A stretch of DNA of 64,000 bases from Bryobacterales bacterium (GCA_963422375.2 OY729427.2:1024001-1088000), one strand, 5' to 3'. Positions 10,382-21,016 are shown, counted from the first letter of the stretch. Numbers and translations are program-made. Notes: generated from the letters alone by a model not told the origin.

Positions 10382-10996
10382 CTAATCCCGTGGCTCGGAT
10401 GCGCGGCGATTGCAACGCGCCATGGCCTTCTCCGCCCCCTCGGCGAGCACGTCGCGAACGACATCCGCCGCGCGGCCCACGATCCCTTCTAGGTCCTCGA
10501 TCTCCTGCCGCGCGAAAGGGCGCAGCACGTACTTGGCCCCGTTCGAGACACGATGCCCCGGGTGGATCCCAATACGCAGCCGGGCGAACTCGGACGTCCC
10601 CAGCGAGTCGATGACAGACTGCATACCATTATGACCTGCCGAGGAGCCCTTGCTGCGGAGGCGCAGGGCGCCCCACGGCAGGTCGAGCTCGTCGTAGACC
10701 ACCAGCAGCCGCTCCGGCCGCAGGTCGTAGCGCCGCATGAGGCGCTTGACCGGGCCGCCGCTGCGGTTCACGTAGGAGAGGGGCTTGGCCAGCAGCGCCT
10801 GGTGCCCGGCCAGCTCGCCGCGCCCGACCAGCGACTCGTCCTCGGGGCGCGAGACGCGGATGCCGGCACTCTCCGCCAGCCTCTCCACGGTCAGGAAGCC
10901 GAGGTTGTGGGGCGTCAGGCGGTACTCCTCGCCCGGATTCCCGAGACCCACCACCAGCCAGTCGGCGCGGGCGCCGCCGCCCTTCCTCCAGAACAT
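10382..10996 (-). CDS. pth: Peptidyl-tRNA hydrolase
   Basis: LVVGLGNPG, TPHNLGF, YDELDLP, GHNG and RLRIGI motifs; start set at the ATG at 10996. Confidence 0.93.
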   Translation of the reverse strand: MFWRKGGGARADWLVVGLGNPGEEYRLTPHNLGFLTVERLAESAGIRVSRPEDESLVGRGELAGHQALLAKPLSYVNRSGGPVKRLMRRYDLRPERLLVVYDELDLPWGALRLRSKGSSAGHNGMQSVIDSLGTSEFARLRIGIHPGHRVSNGAKYVLRPFARQEIEDLEGIVGRAADVVRDVLAEGAEKAMARCNRRASEPRD

Positions 10997-11046
10997 GCTT
11001 ACCTGCCCGCGAAGGGGCCCGGGCTCGGCCCGCGGCCCTCGCGCGC

Positions 11047-11664
11047 CTAGGCACTCAGGTCCTCTTCGCCTTCCCCGGCTTCCTCCTCGCCCGTCTCGCC
11101 CGCGGCCCGGGAGGCCATGACATGCACGAGCAGCTTCCGCTCGTCGTCGGCCAGCCGGTACTTGTCGCTGGCCGGGATGTCCTTGGCCCGGATCGCCTCG
11201 CCGACCCGCAAGGCCGTGACGTCCACGTCGATGTGCTCGGGGATGTCGAGCGGCAGGCACTCCACGTGGACCTCGCGGTTGACCATTTCCTCGAAGGCGC
11301 CCTGGTTCTTCACTCCGAAGGCCGTGCCGACCGCCTTGACGGGGACGGAAACCCGAACCGGCCGGGCCAAGTCGATACGCCGCAGGTCGACGTGCAGCAG
11401 GGTGTGCTTGACGGGGTCAATCTGGTAGTCGACCGCCATGGCATGCTCCTCGGCAGCGGCACCGCGCAGGCTGAACACGCGGTTGTGGCCGGACGGATCC
11501 TTGAGCACGCCGGTGATGGCCTTGGTGTCGACCGCGACCGACTGCGGCTCGCGGTTCAGGCCGTAGACCACGGCCGGCACGCGGCCGGCCGCGCGCAGCC
11601 GCCGCGCGGCGTTCTTGCCGCGCTCCGTGCGCTCGTCAACTTGCAATTCGATCTGTTGCTGCAT
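11047..11664 (-). CDS. rplY: 50S ribosomal protein L25 / Ctc
   Basis: GKNAARRLRAAGRVPAVVYG and LLHVDL motifs. Confidence 0.95.
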   Translation of the reverse strand: MQQQIELQVDERTERGKNAARRLRAAGRVPAVVYGLNREPQSVAVDTKAITGVLKDPSGHNRVFSLRGAAAEEHAMAVDYQIDPVKHTLLHVDLRRIDLARPVRVSVPVKAVGTAFGVKNQGAFEEMVNREVHVECLPLDIPEHIDVDVTALRVGEAIRAKDIPASDKYRLADDERKLLVHVMASRAAGETGEEEAGEGEEDLSA

Positions 11665-11733
11665 TGCGATCTCTCCTTCGCGGAACGCGGGCGGCCCCAC
11701 TGACGCGGCCGATACCGGAACCGCGACCCTGCC

Positions 11734-12681
11734 TCATTCGAACAGCATGCTAATCGACGACTCGCTGTGGATCGAGTCGATGCCGCGCGCCAGCAGCAGC
11801 GCCACGCTCAGCTGGCGGATCTTCCCGGAGGCCTTGGCCGCGGGCGACAGCGGGATCGAGTCCGTGACCACGAGCTGCCTGAGACCCGACTTCTTAATTC
11901 TATCCACGGCGGGCCCCGAGAGCACGGCGTGCGTGCAGGCGGCGTACACCGAGGCGGCCCCCTGGGCGAGCAGCGCGTCCGCGGTATGGACCAAGGTCCC
12001 CGCCGTGTCGACGAGATCGTCGACGATGACGCAGCTGTGCCCCTCGACGTCGCCGATGACGTGCATGACCTCCGAGACGTTGGCCTCCTCGCGGCGCTTG
12101 TCGATGATCGCCAGGGGGGCGCTGAGGCGCTTGGCCAGCGCGCGGGCGCGCTCCACGCCCCCAGCGTCCGGGGAGATGACCTTGACCTGCGGCAGATCGA
12201 GCTGCTCGAGGTACTCGACCAGCACCGGCCGCCCGTAGAGATGGTCAACCGGGATGTCGAAAAAGCCCTGGATTTGCGCCGCGTGCAGATCCAAGCTGAG
12301 AATCCGGTCCGCGCCCGCGGCCACGAGCAGGCTGGCCACGAGCTTGGCCGAGATCGGCACGCGTGGGCGGTCCTTGCGGTCCTGGCGCGAATAGCCGTAG
12401 TACGGCAGCACCGCCGTGACGCGCTTGGCCGAGGCGCGCCGAAGCGCGTCCAGCATGAGCAGAAGCTCCATCAGGTGACGGTCGACCGGGGTGCAGGTCG
12501 GCTGCACGACGAACACGTCCTTGCCGCGCACGTTCTCGTTGATCTGGAGATGGACCTCTCCGTCGGAGAACCTGCGCAGGTTCACCTTGCCTAGCGGTAG
12601 CCGCAGGTGCTCGCAGATCCGCTCGGCCAGCTCGGGATTGGCCGAGCCGCTGAACACCCTCAAGCGCGATCGGTTTGACAC
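11734..12681 (-). CDS. prs: Ribose-phosphate pyrophosphokinase
   Basis: FSDGE, YSRQDRK, DLHAAQIQGFF and VDDLVDTAGT motifs. Confidence 0.97.
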   Translation of the reverse strand: MSNRSRLRVFSGSANPELAERICEHLRLPLGKVNLRRFSDGEVHLQINENVRGKDVFVVQPTCTPVDRHLMELLLMLDALRRASAKRVTAVLPYYGYSRQDRKDRPRVPISAKLVASLLVAAGADRILSLDLHAAQIQGFFDIPVDHLYGRPVLVEYLEQLDLPQVKVISPDAGGVERARALAKRLSAPLAIIDKRREEANVSEVMHVIGDVEGHSCVIVDDLVDTAGTLVHTADALLAQGAASVYAACTHAVLSGPAVDRIKKSGLRQLVVTDSIPLSPAAKASGKIRQLSVALLLARGIDSIHSESSISMLFE

Positions 12682-12725
12682 GCCATTACACCAGCGTCAG
12701 GAGGAGATGCAAGCGAGGCTTCGGG

Positions 12726-13667
12726 CTAGAGCGCGGTAACGCATTCGGACCGAGGCAGGAACCCCGAAACATTCGTGCGGAACCCGTCCGCCTCAATGCC
12801 CGCCAGCGCCCGGCGGGCGGCATCGCTCGAGTCGAACAAGCCAAACACGGCGGAGCCGGTCCCCGACATGAGCGCGTGGCGGGCTCCCTCTTCCCGAAGC
12901 CGGCACTTGATTTCCTCAAGTACGGGAAACTGCCGGAACGCTACGAGCTCAAAGTCGTTGAGCATCCACTCGGACGGGCTGTCGCGGGCAGCGGCCTCGG
13001 CGGTTGCAGCCTCCGCCCAGCGATCTCTCATTGTACGGGCGTCGTGCGGGGATGTCAACCGCGTCCTGCGACTGTCCGCGAGAGCCCTGTACATTGCCGG
13101 CGTGGCGATCTCGATGTCGGGCAGCACCAGCGCCACGGCGGTCGGCGGCAGGTCGTCCATCGGGAGCAGCTCGGTCCCGCGGCCACCGGCGAGCACGGTG
13201 CCGCCGACAAGGAAGTACGGCACGTCGCTGCCGAGGGAGCCCGCGACCTCGGCCAAGGTGTCGGCCGGAGGCGGGTCGGGCAGCACCCTGCCCAGCGCAC
13301 GCAGCACGGCGCCGGCGTCGCTGGAGCCCCCGCCCAGGCCGGCGCCGACCGGGATGAATTTGCGCAGGCGGATATGAACCGACACGCAGGCGCCCGTCTT
13401 CTGCAGCAGGCGATCCGCGGCGAGCCATGCGAGGTTTCCCTCGTGCCGCAGATCGGCGCGGTCGCACTCCAATGCCACGGACGGCCGCCGGGCGCGGCGC
13501 ACCTTCAGGTCGACCTCGTCGACCAAGTCGACCGCCTGCAGAAGCGTGCAGATCTCGTGGTACCCGTCAAGGCGCGGACCCAAGACCCGCAGGCCCAGAT
13601 TGAGCTTGGCGAAGGCGAGCTCGTAAACGCGCCTCTCGGCGGAGTCGCCTTCCATTTGGCCGACCAC
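12726..13667 (-). CDS. ispE: 4-diphosphocytidyl-2-C-methyl-D-erythritol kinase
   Basis: AKLNLGL, IPVGAGLGGGSSDA, LGSDVPYF and MSGTGS motifs. Confidence 0.95.
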   Translation of the reverse strand: MVGQMEGDSAERRVYELAFAKLNLGLRVLGPRLDGYHEICTLLQAVDLVDEVDLKVRRARRPSVALECDRADLRHEGNLAWLAADRLLQKTGACVSVHIRLRKFIPVGAGLGGGSSDAGAVLRALGRVLPDPPPADTLAEVAGSLGSDVPYFLVGGTVLAGGRGTELLPMDDLPPTAVALVLPDIEIATPAMYRALADSRRTRLTSPHDARTMRDRWAEAATAEAAARDSPSEWMLNDFELVAFRQFPVLEEIKCRLREEGARHALMSGTGSAVFGLFDSSDAARRALAGIEADGFRTNVSGFLPRSECVTAL

Positions 13668-13677
13668 GAGCGCAGGG

Positions 13678-14199
13678 TCAGCTCTCGTACTTCAGCAGAG
13701 ACGAGACGTTGTATCCGGCGAGGCGATCACGACCGGCGAGGAAGCTCAGTTCGATAACGAACTGCAGGCCTGCGACCCGGCCCCCGAGCTGCTCGACCAG
13801 CCTCGCGGCGGCCGACGCGGTCCCGCCGGTCGCCAGGAGGTCGTCCACGATCAGCACCCGCTGGCCCGGGCGCACGGCGTCGGTATGCATTTCGAGCGAG
13901 TCGGTTCCGTATTCGAGGTCGTACTCGACCTTCGTGGCGGCGGCGGGAAGCTTGCCGGGCTTGCGCATCAGGGCGAAGCCGGTCCCTTTCTGCAATGCGA
14001 GCGCCGGCCCCAGCAGGAATCCGCGCGATTCCATGCCGGCAACCAAGTCGAACTCGATGCCGGCGGCCGCCTCGGCCAACCGGTCGCTCACGACGCGCAA
14101 GCCTCGGGCGTCCTTGAAGAGCGTGGTGATGTCATAGAAGAGAATGCCCGGCTTGGGGAAGTCGGGCACTTCGCGAACGAGAGACCGCAATTCGTCCAT
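13678..14199 (-). CDS. apt: Adenine phosphoribosyltransferase
   Basis: [25 protein letters not shown] and [10 protein letters not shown] motifs. Confidence 0.97.
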   Translation of the reverse strand: MDELRSLVREVPDFPKPGILFYDITTLFKDARGLRVVSDRLAEAAAGIEFDLVAGMESRGFLLGPALALQKGTGFALMRKPGKLPAAATKVEYDLEYGTDSLEMHTDAVRPGQRVLIVDDLLATGGTASAAARLVEQLGGRVAGLQFVIELSFLAGRDRLAGYNVSSLLKYES

Positions 14200-14672
14200 T
14201 TCTCTCCGTATCGTATCCGATCAGAGGGCGGTCGCGGTCCGGGAGACCCGCCGGGGACGGGGCGCGAGGGCGCGCTCGCCCAGCCGCCGGCAGGTGGAGA
14301 GCCGGACCGGGACCCCGCTGCGAATGGAGATCCGCGGAGGCGATCGGCCGCAGCCGACTCGAGCGGGCCGGCCGGACGCATGCTCGGCTTGACTTCCGGC
14401 GCCGCACGCCGTACCATTAGCACGCTTGCGCACCGCTGCACGGTAATGGCGCCGGACTTCTCACGAGTCGGATCCGGCACTTCAGGAAGGGCCGCGGTCG
14501 CTGATCGCGGATTCAAGCCACCAGGCGACCTTGCCGAGGCATGTCCGAGTCGCATGTGCCGGATCACCCGAGCGTCGCGAGGAATTGGAACACCGCCGAC
14601 CATTGGACTGGATCCGACGCAGTGTCAGATGGCGATTCCACGGGTAGGCTAGCCTAAGGGGGATTCGGGGCT

Positions 14673-15134
14673 TTGACGGACGAACTCGAGCAGCATCCGG
14701 CCTGGCTTCGGCTGGATGATCAATACACCTGGCTGGACCGGACGAGTATCGCGTTTCAGAGAAAGTACAAATGGCTCAGATACATCCAGCTCGTTGTAAT
14801 CGGCGCGTTACCCATCGCGCCTTATTTCGAACCTTCGGCCTTCATTCCGGTCCTCTTGGCTGCGACCGCCGCAGCCATTGAGGGTGTCCATAAACTAAAT
14901 GGCTATGGAACGCTCTGGGTGCAGTACCGCCAAACGGCAGAGCACCTCAAACGCGAGAGGGCGCTGTTTCTGTCAAGCGCAGGGCCCTACAGAAGCATGA
15001 CCATGGAAGACCGCCTGGTCAACCTAGCCGAGCGCACCGAAGCGATTCTTGCAGGCGAGCAGCGCCAATGGGTTCGCGAGGCCGCAGCTATGGTTTCAGA
15101 GCCCAGCCCGAAGGCACCCCTTCGGGCGGCATGA
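14673..15134 (+). CDS. DUF4231 / SLATT-family 2-TM protein
   Basis: RLDDQYTW...YKWLR, two hydrophobic helices, then WVQYRQTAEHLKRE..F...GPY, the typical SLATT/DUF4231 pattern. Confidence 0.75.
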   Translation: MTDELEQHPAWLRLDDQYTWLDRTSIAFQRKYKWLRYIQLVVIGALPIAPYFEPSAFIPVLLAATAAAIEGVHKLNGYGTLWVQYRQTAEHLKRERALFLSSAGPYRSMTMEDRLVNLAERTEAILAGEQRQWVREAAAMVSEPSPKAPLRAA

Positions 15135-15281
15135 CGGACGGCGGCAGGGCGGCAAGCTGTCGCGGACGCTCGGTTCGGGCTGGCATCCGGGAATTGCGTT
15201 CGTGAACCCGGCGCGGAGCCGACCCTATCCCGTCGAACGCCCCTGACTCGAATCCAACCAGCGCTGCGACTGGCGGCGGGG

Positions 15282-16646
15282 CTACGACTCGTCGCCGGAA
15301 TCGGACGCCCCCGCTTCCTCCTCGTCGGGCTCGCTCAGAAGCTCCTCTACGGCACGCTCGATGTTCTGCGCCGCGACCTGCTCGACCCGGTACGTAGAAT
15401 GCTCTCCCTCGCGCGCCGCGTACACCATCGCCGTGTCGTACGAGGAGACGTACACCGTCTCGGTCGCGGCGTCGTCCCCGGCCGGGGTGACGCTGGCCTC
15501 GATCACCGGGCTGTCCAGTCCGTAGCGCCCTTGGGCGTCCTCTCTGTCCGACGGGAATCCGGTCGCCGCCAGGTTCCGCAAGCGGTCCAGCAGGGTCTGC
15601 ACCGCCTGTCCCTCGAGCTCGCGCCCTTCCGCGGAACCGAGCCGCCATTCCCCGTCGGCCCGCACCACAGTCGCGGAACGCTCGCGGGCCCTTACATCCA
15701 CGCGGGCCGGATCCGCGAAGCCGAAGTCGAAGAGCTTCTTGTTCCGGAAGTCGGCCAGGTCCTTGTCCAGGCTCCCGCCCAAAGTCGAGCTCACCTCGAA
15801 GACACCTGCCTGGGCGCTGCTGCGAGCGTAGTGGGTGTCGCCGTCCTTCGCGATCACCAGCTCGTGCGGGCCGCTGGCGTCGGTCACCGTGACAGTCGCG
15901 ACCGGTCTCGCGAAGGAGTAAGCCGCGGAGCCCTCGCCCTCGGCCAGGACCTCGGTCATTTCGGCGGTGCGAATCGCCCGCGAGAGGTCGCCCACTGTGA
16001 AGTCGTCGGCCCGCGCCTCGATGGGCTGCACGATGCGCCAATCGCCGTCCTCCCGCTCGAAGGCCACGGTTCGCGAACCGGCCCGGACCTCGATCCGGGA
16101 AATCGAAGCCTCGTCCAAGCGGAGCAGACGCTTGTCACGCAGATCGAAAACTGACTTCTCGAAGGCCGTCTTGTTGTAGCTGTAAACGGTGAAGAGGCGC
16201 GGCTCCCCCACGAGCCGCGCGAACACTCCCGAACCCGTGGGCGTGTCCCGGCCGAAACGCACCTCGCCGCCCCCTTCATCGAGTTCGTACGCCACGGCCA
16301 GTTCCGGATCGTCGAGTTGGTACGGCCCCCAGTCGACGACGCTCTCCGAGACCACGCGGTCGGCGTTGAGCGCCGCGAGGCTCGACACGAGGGAGCCGAC
16401 GGACGTGTCGTCGGCGGGGATCCCGAGCCCGCCGCCGAACTCCCACTCGCCGTCGTCGCCGCGCAGCAGCTCGAGCGGGTCATCGCCGGCCCGGCGCACA
16501 GTAACCTTGCGCAAGTCCTCCTCCTCGAGGTCAACGATCTTGGGCGCGGCCTCCCCGTCCTCGGGCGGGTTCTCCCGCGTGTACCACACGGCAGCCCCAA
16601 GCACGGCCAGCAAGGCAACCGCTATGACAAGTGGATTCGCTTTCAT
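15282..16646 (-). CDS. DUF4340-domain protein
   Basis: N-terminal TM; repeated 'DLRDKRLL' / 'DFRNKKLF' modules and YGLD-P motif; last gene of the Gld-like operon. Confidence 0.75.
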   Translation of the reverse strand: MKANPLVIAVALLAVLGAAVWYTRENPPEDGEAAPKIVDLEEEDLRKVTVRRAGDDPLELLRGDDGEWEFGGGLGIPADDTSVGSLVSSLAALNADRVVSESVVDWGPYQLDDPELAVAYELDEGGGEVRFGRDTPTGSGVFARLVGEPRLFTVYSYNKTAFEKSVFDLRDKRLLRLDEASISRIEVRAGSRTVAFEREDGDWRIVQPIEARADDFTVGDLSRAIRTAEMTEVLAEGEGSAAYSFARPVATVTVTDASGPHELVIAKDGDTHYARSSAQAGVFEVSSTLGGSLDKDLADFRNKKLFDFGFADPARVDVRARERSATVVRADGEWRLGSAEGRELEGQAVQTLLDRLRNLAATGFPSDREDAQGRYGLDSPVIEASVTPAGDDAATETVYVSSYDTAMVYAAREGEHSTYRVEQVAAQNIERAVEELLSEPDEEEAGASDSGDES

Positions 16647-16688
16647 CGCCGTTTGTCGATGCCTCCGATCGCGTCCGCGCGCCTCGCC

Positions 16689-18149
16689 CTAGCGGCGGCC
16701 CCACCATGTCCACACGCCCGTCAGGATGATCAGCAGCGGAAGCAACCCCAAGCTGGCGATGAAGATGCGGACCATCTCCCCCTGGCTCATGTTGATCGGC
16801 GTCGATTCCGGATCTCGGGGCCGGATCGAGATGAGGTCCTCGTCGGAGCTCAGCCAGTTCATCATGTTGAGCAGGAGGTCCCGGTTTCCCCCTAGGGACA
16901 GGCCGTAGTTCTCCGCGAATCCGGGCGACCCGACCACGACCACGCGCCCCTCGGGATCGGCCTCCTCTTCCTCCGCGTCGACTTCGTCGCCCGCGACGGC
17001 TTCCTCGCCGTCCGCCTCCGCGGAATCGCCCTCGCTCTCGGGCACGTCGTACCGGGCAGCGACAGCCAGCACGATGGGCCCCTCGGTCCGGCTGGACTCC
17101 GGGCCCAGCCGGACCGTCGAGCCTTCTATCGTGATCCCCGCCGTGGCGAAGCTCGCGGCCGAGGTCTCGAAGAGCTCGTCCACCGTCCAGCCGTCGGGAG
17201 TCTCTTCCGCCTCGCCCACGCTGCGGGCCCTGGGGAACAGCGTGGCCACGTTCTCCATCGGTTCGACGATCTGGTGGAACTTGTAACTGGTCACCAAGGG
17301 GGTGAACGGGCCCCCGCCGAAGAGCTGGCCGATGGTTGACTCGTCGATCACCACGTCATTCCTCGCCTCGATCCCCCACTCCGCCAGCAGCCCCACCAGC
17401 TTCGGGTTCGCCTCGGCGCGCCGACCGCTCCGGTCCGGAAAGGCCGGCCGCAGCATCAGCAGGGCCCTCCCGCCGTCTTGCACGAAGTCCCGGATCGCGT
17501 CGACTTCGGGATCGAAATAGGCCGTGGTCGGCCCCGGCACAACCAGCAGGGTGCAGTCCCCGGGCACGCCGTCCAGCGCCAGGTTCACGTCCTCGTAGGC
17601 GTAGTTGGCGTCCTCGATCAGCCTCCGGGCGTTCGAGAACCCGGCGCGCTCCATGTCCCCGCTGGCTGACTCGCCGTGGCCCGTCGCGACGCAGGCCGTC
17701 TTCTCCTGGCCCTTCAGCGCCATAATGATTGCGTTGGTAATGTCCTGCTCCCTGGTCGAGGACACCTCCCGGCGCTCGCCGCCGACATGCAGGATCAGGG
17801 TCCCGTACGAGCGGATATTCATCGTCTCCGCCCTGACCGGATCCTCGTCCGGATCCACGTACTCGACGCTCACGCGGCTCGAGGCGTACTGGTAGCGTCG
17901 CAGCATGTCCTCGGCCGCGGCGAACTCGACCGTGCGGTCGAAGTAGGTCATCAAGACGTCCCGGTCCAAGTTGTCGAGGATCTTGTGCGTCTGGTCGGAC
18001 AGGCTGTAGAGCTTGCGCTCGGTCGCGTCGAAGGACTCGTTGTACTGGACCCCGAGCCAGTTCGCGGCCACGAGGATGCCCACGAAGACTAGCGAGTAGA
18101 GACCCGTATAGCTGCCCGACTTGAATTGCCTGGATTGCAGGAAGCTCAT
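16689..18149 (-). CDS. GldG-family ABC auxiliary protein
   Basis: D-T-...YSLSDQT, EQDITNAI, TGHGE and NRDLLLNMMNWL..DEDLISIRPR motifs. Confidence 0.85.
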   Translation of the reverse strand: MSFLQSRQFKSGSYTGLYSLVFVGILVAANWLGVQYNESFDATERKLYSLSDQTHKILDNLDRDVLMTYFDRTVEFAAAEDMLRRYQYASSRVSVEYVDPDEDPVRAETMNIRSYGTLILHVGGERREVSSTREQDITNAIIMALKGQEKTACVATGHGESASGDMERAGFSNARRLIEDANYAYEDVNLALDGVPGDCTLLVVPGPTTAYFDPEVDAIRDFVQDGGRALLMLRPAFPDRSGRRAEANPKLVGLLAEWGIEARNDVVIDESTIGQLFGGGPFTPLVTSYKFHQIVEPMENVATLFPRARSVGEAEETPDGWTVDELFETSAASFATAGITIEGSTVRLGPESSRTEGPIVLAVAARYDVPESEGDSAEADGEEAVAGDEVDAEEEEADPEGRVVVVGSPGFAENYGLSLGGNRDLLLNMMNWLSSDEDLISIRPRDPESTPINMSQGEMVRIFIASLGLLPLLIILTGVWTWWGRR

Positions 18150-18163
18150 CGAACCTGCCTCCC

Positions 18164-18940
18164 TTACGCCTTCCAGCGAAGCGACTCGAGCGAGCGCTTG
18201 CTGAGGAACAGCCCGAGCGTGATGGCGCTGAAGTAGTAGACCAAGTCCTGCAGCTCGATCACCCCCCGCGAGAACTGCTCGAAGTGCGGCGAGATCGCCA
18301 GGTACTCGCACAGCCTGCCGATCATGGACGACTCGAAGGAGCTGATCCAATTCAGCACCCAGAGCAGCAGCAGCAAGCCGAAAGTCAGCGCGCCGGCGAC
18401 GATCTGGTTCTTCGTGACGGTCGACAGGAACGTCCCGAGCGCCAGCATCGTCCCGCCCATCAGCAGCAGCCCTAGCAGGGACACCGCCAGCGGCTTCCAG
18501 TCCGGCGTGGAGTAGACGAAGAGCACCGAGATATTGACGACCGCGACCAGCAGCAGGCAGGCGTATAGCAGGAGCGCGCCCAGCCACTTCCCGAGGATGA
18601 TGTGGTAGTCGCGCAGCGGCGAGGTGAGCAGCAGTTCGATGGTCCCGCTGCGCTTCTCTTCCGCGAACAGCCGCATCGTGATCATCGGCGCCAGGAACAG
18701 TAGCACGATGCTCATATTGCCCAAGGCCGGCTCGATCACGAACTGGTTCACATTCAGGGGCGGCGCGCCCATGCCGCCGCCCTGGGCGGACATGTTGGCA
18801 CTGTAGTCGAGAAAGAACGCCAGACCTGCCGTGAAGAAGTAGCCGAAAATCACCGCGAACATCGCGAGCACGATGTAGGCGATGGGCGAGGTGAAGTACA
18901 CCTTGAACTCGCGCATCGCGATCGTCAGGACGTGTCTCAT
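18164..18940 (-). CDS. ABC-2 type permease (GldF-like)
   Basis: REFKVYFTSPIAY and TMRLFAEEKRSGTIELLLTSP..IILGK motifs. Confidence 0.9.
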   Translation of the reverse strand: MRHVLTIAMREFKVYFTSPIAYIVLAMFAVIFGYFFTAGLAFFLDYSANMSAQGGGMGAPPLNVNQFVIEPALGNMSIVLLFLAPMITMRLFAEEKRSGTIELLLTSPLRDYHIILGKWLGALLLYACLLLVAVVNISVLFVYSTPDWKPLAVSLLGLLLMGGTMLALGTFLSTVTKNQIVAGALTFGLLLLLWVLNWISSFESSMIGRLCEYLAISPHFEQFSRGVIELQDLVYYFSAITLGLFLSKRSLESLRWKA

Positions 18941-19965
18941 GCCTGCTTGGCCTCCTCGTCGGCGCGCTCGCTCGGGGCGGCCTCGGCGGCCGGGACCTGG
19001 TCGGCGCCCGGAGCGTCCCCGTCGACCGCTGCCTTCTCGTGGCTGGTCAGCTTCAGGAAGATGTCCTCGAGGCTCAGCCGCAGCGGCTGAAGGCTGTACA
19101 GCCCCCAGCCGGAGTTGACTACCGCCTCGGCCAGCCTGCGCGGAATCCGGTCGTCCTTGTCGACCTCGACCCGCCACACGCAGCGACCGTCCCGCGCACT
19201 CTCCCGCGAGACCTGCCGGACGCCCTCCTCGCTCTCGAGGCGGCCCCGCACGCCGTCCTCAGGGCCCTCCACGTCAATCAGGACGGCGTCCGCGCCTTGG
19301 ACCTGGGCCGTCAGGTTCTCCGGGGTGTCGCTCGCCTCGATGCGGCCCTCGTTGATGATGATGACGCGCCCGCACGTGCCGGAGACTTCCGGCAGGATGT
19401 GCGTGCTGAGGATGATCGTATGCTCGCCGGCGAGCGAGCGGATCAGGCGGCGCACCTCGATGATCTGTTTCGGGTCGAGACCCGAGGTGGGCTCGTCGAG
19501 GACCAGCACCTCGGGATTGTGGATCAGCGCCTGCGCGAGGCCGACGCGCTGCCGAAAGCCCTTGGAGAGCTTGCCGATCAGCGTGCGCCGCACCTCCTCG
19601 CAGGACGTGCGACGCACGACGCAGTCGACGCGGCGCTCGATCTCCCTGCGCGGGATGCCCTTGATGCGCGCCACGAAGCGCAAGTAGGCATCGACCTCCA
19701 GCTCGGGGTACAGGGGCGGCGTCTCGGGCAGGTACCCGATGCGGCGCTTGACCTCCAGCGGATTCTGGGAGACGTCGAAGCCGGCGACCGTGGCGGTGCC
19801 GGTAGTCGGCGGCAGGAAACCAGTCAGGATGCGCATGGTCGTGGTCTTCCCGGCCCCGTTCGGGCCGAGGAAGCCGACGATCTCGCCGCGCTCCACCCTG
19901 AAGCTGACGTCCTTGACTGCGATTTTCGGGCCGTATCGCTTCGTTACGCCTTCAACACGGATCAT
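18937..19965 (-). CDS. ABC transporter ATP-binding protein (GldA-like)
   Basis: GPNGAGKTT, LSKGFRQR, LDEPTSGLDP and STHIL motifs. Confidence 0.93.
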   Translation of the reverse strand: MIRVEGVTKRYGPKIAVKDVSFRVERGEIVGFLGPNGAGKTTTMRILTGFLPPTTGTATVAGFDVSQNPLEVKRRIGYLPETPPLYPELEVDAYLRFVARIKGIPRREIERRVDCVVRRTSCEEVRRTLIGKLSKGFRQRVGLAQALIHNPEVLVLDEPTSGLDPKQIIEVRRLIRSLAGEHTIILSTHILPEVSGTCGRVIIINEGRIEASDTPENLTAQVQGADAVLIDVEGPEDGVRGRLESEEGVRQVSRESARDGRCVWRVEVDKDDRIPRRLAEAVVNSGWGLYSLQPLRLSLEDIFLKLTSHEKAAVDGDAPGADQVPAAEAAPSERADEEAKQA

Positions 19966-20124
19966 GGACTCCCTCAAGCGGTTGCTGAAAATCAATTGGA
20001 CGTCGGCCCGCGCGGATTCGTCTACCGCGCGGCGACGCAACTTGCAGGCGGTATACCTACCATTATCTACATCGCGGGGGAATCGAGTGTCAATCGCCCG
20101 CCTCGTACATCTCGTCAAGCACGC

Positions 20125-20400
20125 TCAGGATCTCGCCCCATCCTCGCCGCAGGTGGCGCGCGCGCCGCGCACGATCCACCGCGGGATGCGGTGCAGAGCT
20201 TCCGCGACCGGCGCGGCCATGGCAGCTGGCGAGTCTGAGTCGCCGCCCAGCGAGACCGCGTTGCGCACGTCTTCCTCGAAGCTCGACAACTCGAGCGTGC
20301 AGATGACGCCCTCGGGCAGGCTTGCGTGGCAGATCATGGCGAAGCCGTCGGAGAGCCGGATGTCGTCGATGCTCCGGTCCAAGTCGTACGACAGCAAGCC
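20125..20400 (-). pseudogene. ADP-ribosylglycohydrolase C-terminal remnant
   Basis: YDLDRSIDDIR...SFEEDVRNAVSLGGDSDS.AAMA..VAEALH.IP (the GGDSDT-type motif). The upstream sequence is not intact. Confidence 0.6.
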
Positions 20401-20994
20401 TCGACGTGCGGACGAAGGCCCGCGGTCCGTCGCGGATGGAGGCGCAGAGAATCGGGACTCACGAGACCGGACCGGCAGAGCTTCGCGCGCGCGCCCCCCT
20501 CGACGGGCTCGAGCGGGCACTCGCGTCTGCCGCACTCCTGCGGTTTCAAGCGGACCTGCCCGGAGGTGATCGATCTGGAGACGGCCAGTCGATGACCTAG
20601 GGCGGAACCCGATAAGCCAAGGTCTCGGGGAGCTTCCCGGGGATCGCCCGCCGCAGCCGGCAGGCGAAGGCCGTCGCCATCCTCCGCGACGGCGACATCG
20701 ATGGAACACTCGTGGATCCCGGGCTCCGACGAGCGAGGCCGAGCCAGCCGACGAGGCGTCCAAGCGGAGACGCAACTCTCACGCGTGCCTGACGCGGTTC
20801 AAGCCCAGATAGAACTCTCGCAAGCGGAGCCGGTTCGTCGCCGGGCACAACCATCGTCGTGGGATCGTCCAGCGCCGGCCAGGCCTGAGTGTTCGCTGGG
20901 CGATCGCGTTGCTTCGGCAGTTGGGGCGACTCCCCGATCTAGCCGGACCAAGACCGGATTCGAGATCCAAAGTGCGTCTGGCCCAGCCGACGGC

Positions 20995-21016
20995 CTCGCT
21001 ATATGCTCGCTATATG
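20995..21016 (+). promoter_or_regulatory. Perfect 11-bp tandem repeat (CTCGCTATATG)x2 overlapping a -10-like TATGAT
   Basis: Read directly from the sequence, about 50 bp upstream of the DUF3500 start. Confidence 0.35.

Noticed and set aside
14452..14548. Weak resemblance to the MITE ends (cggacttc...atgtccg)
   Set aside because: The match needs gaps and there is no target duplication, so it is likely chance.
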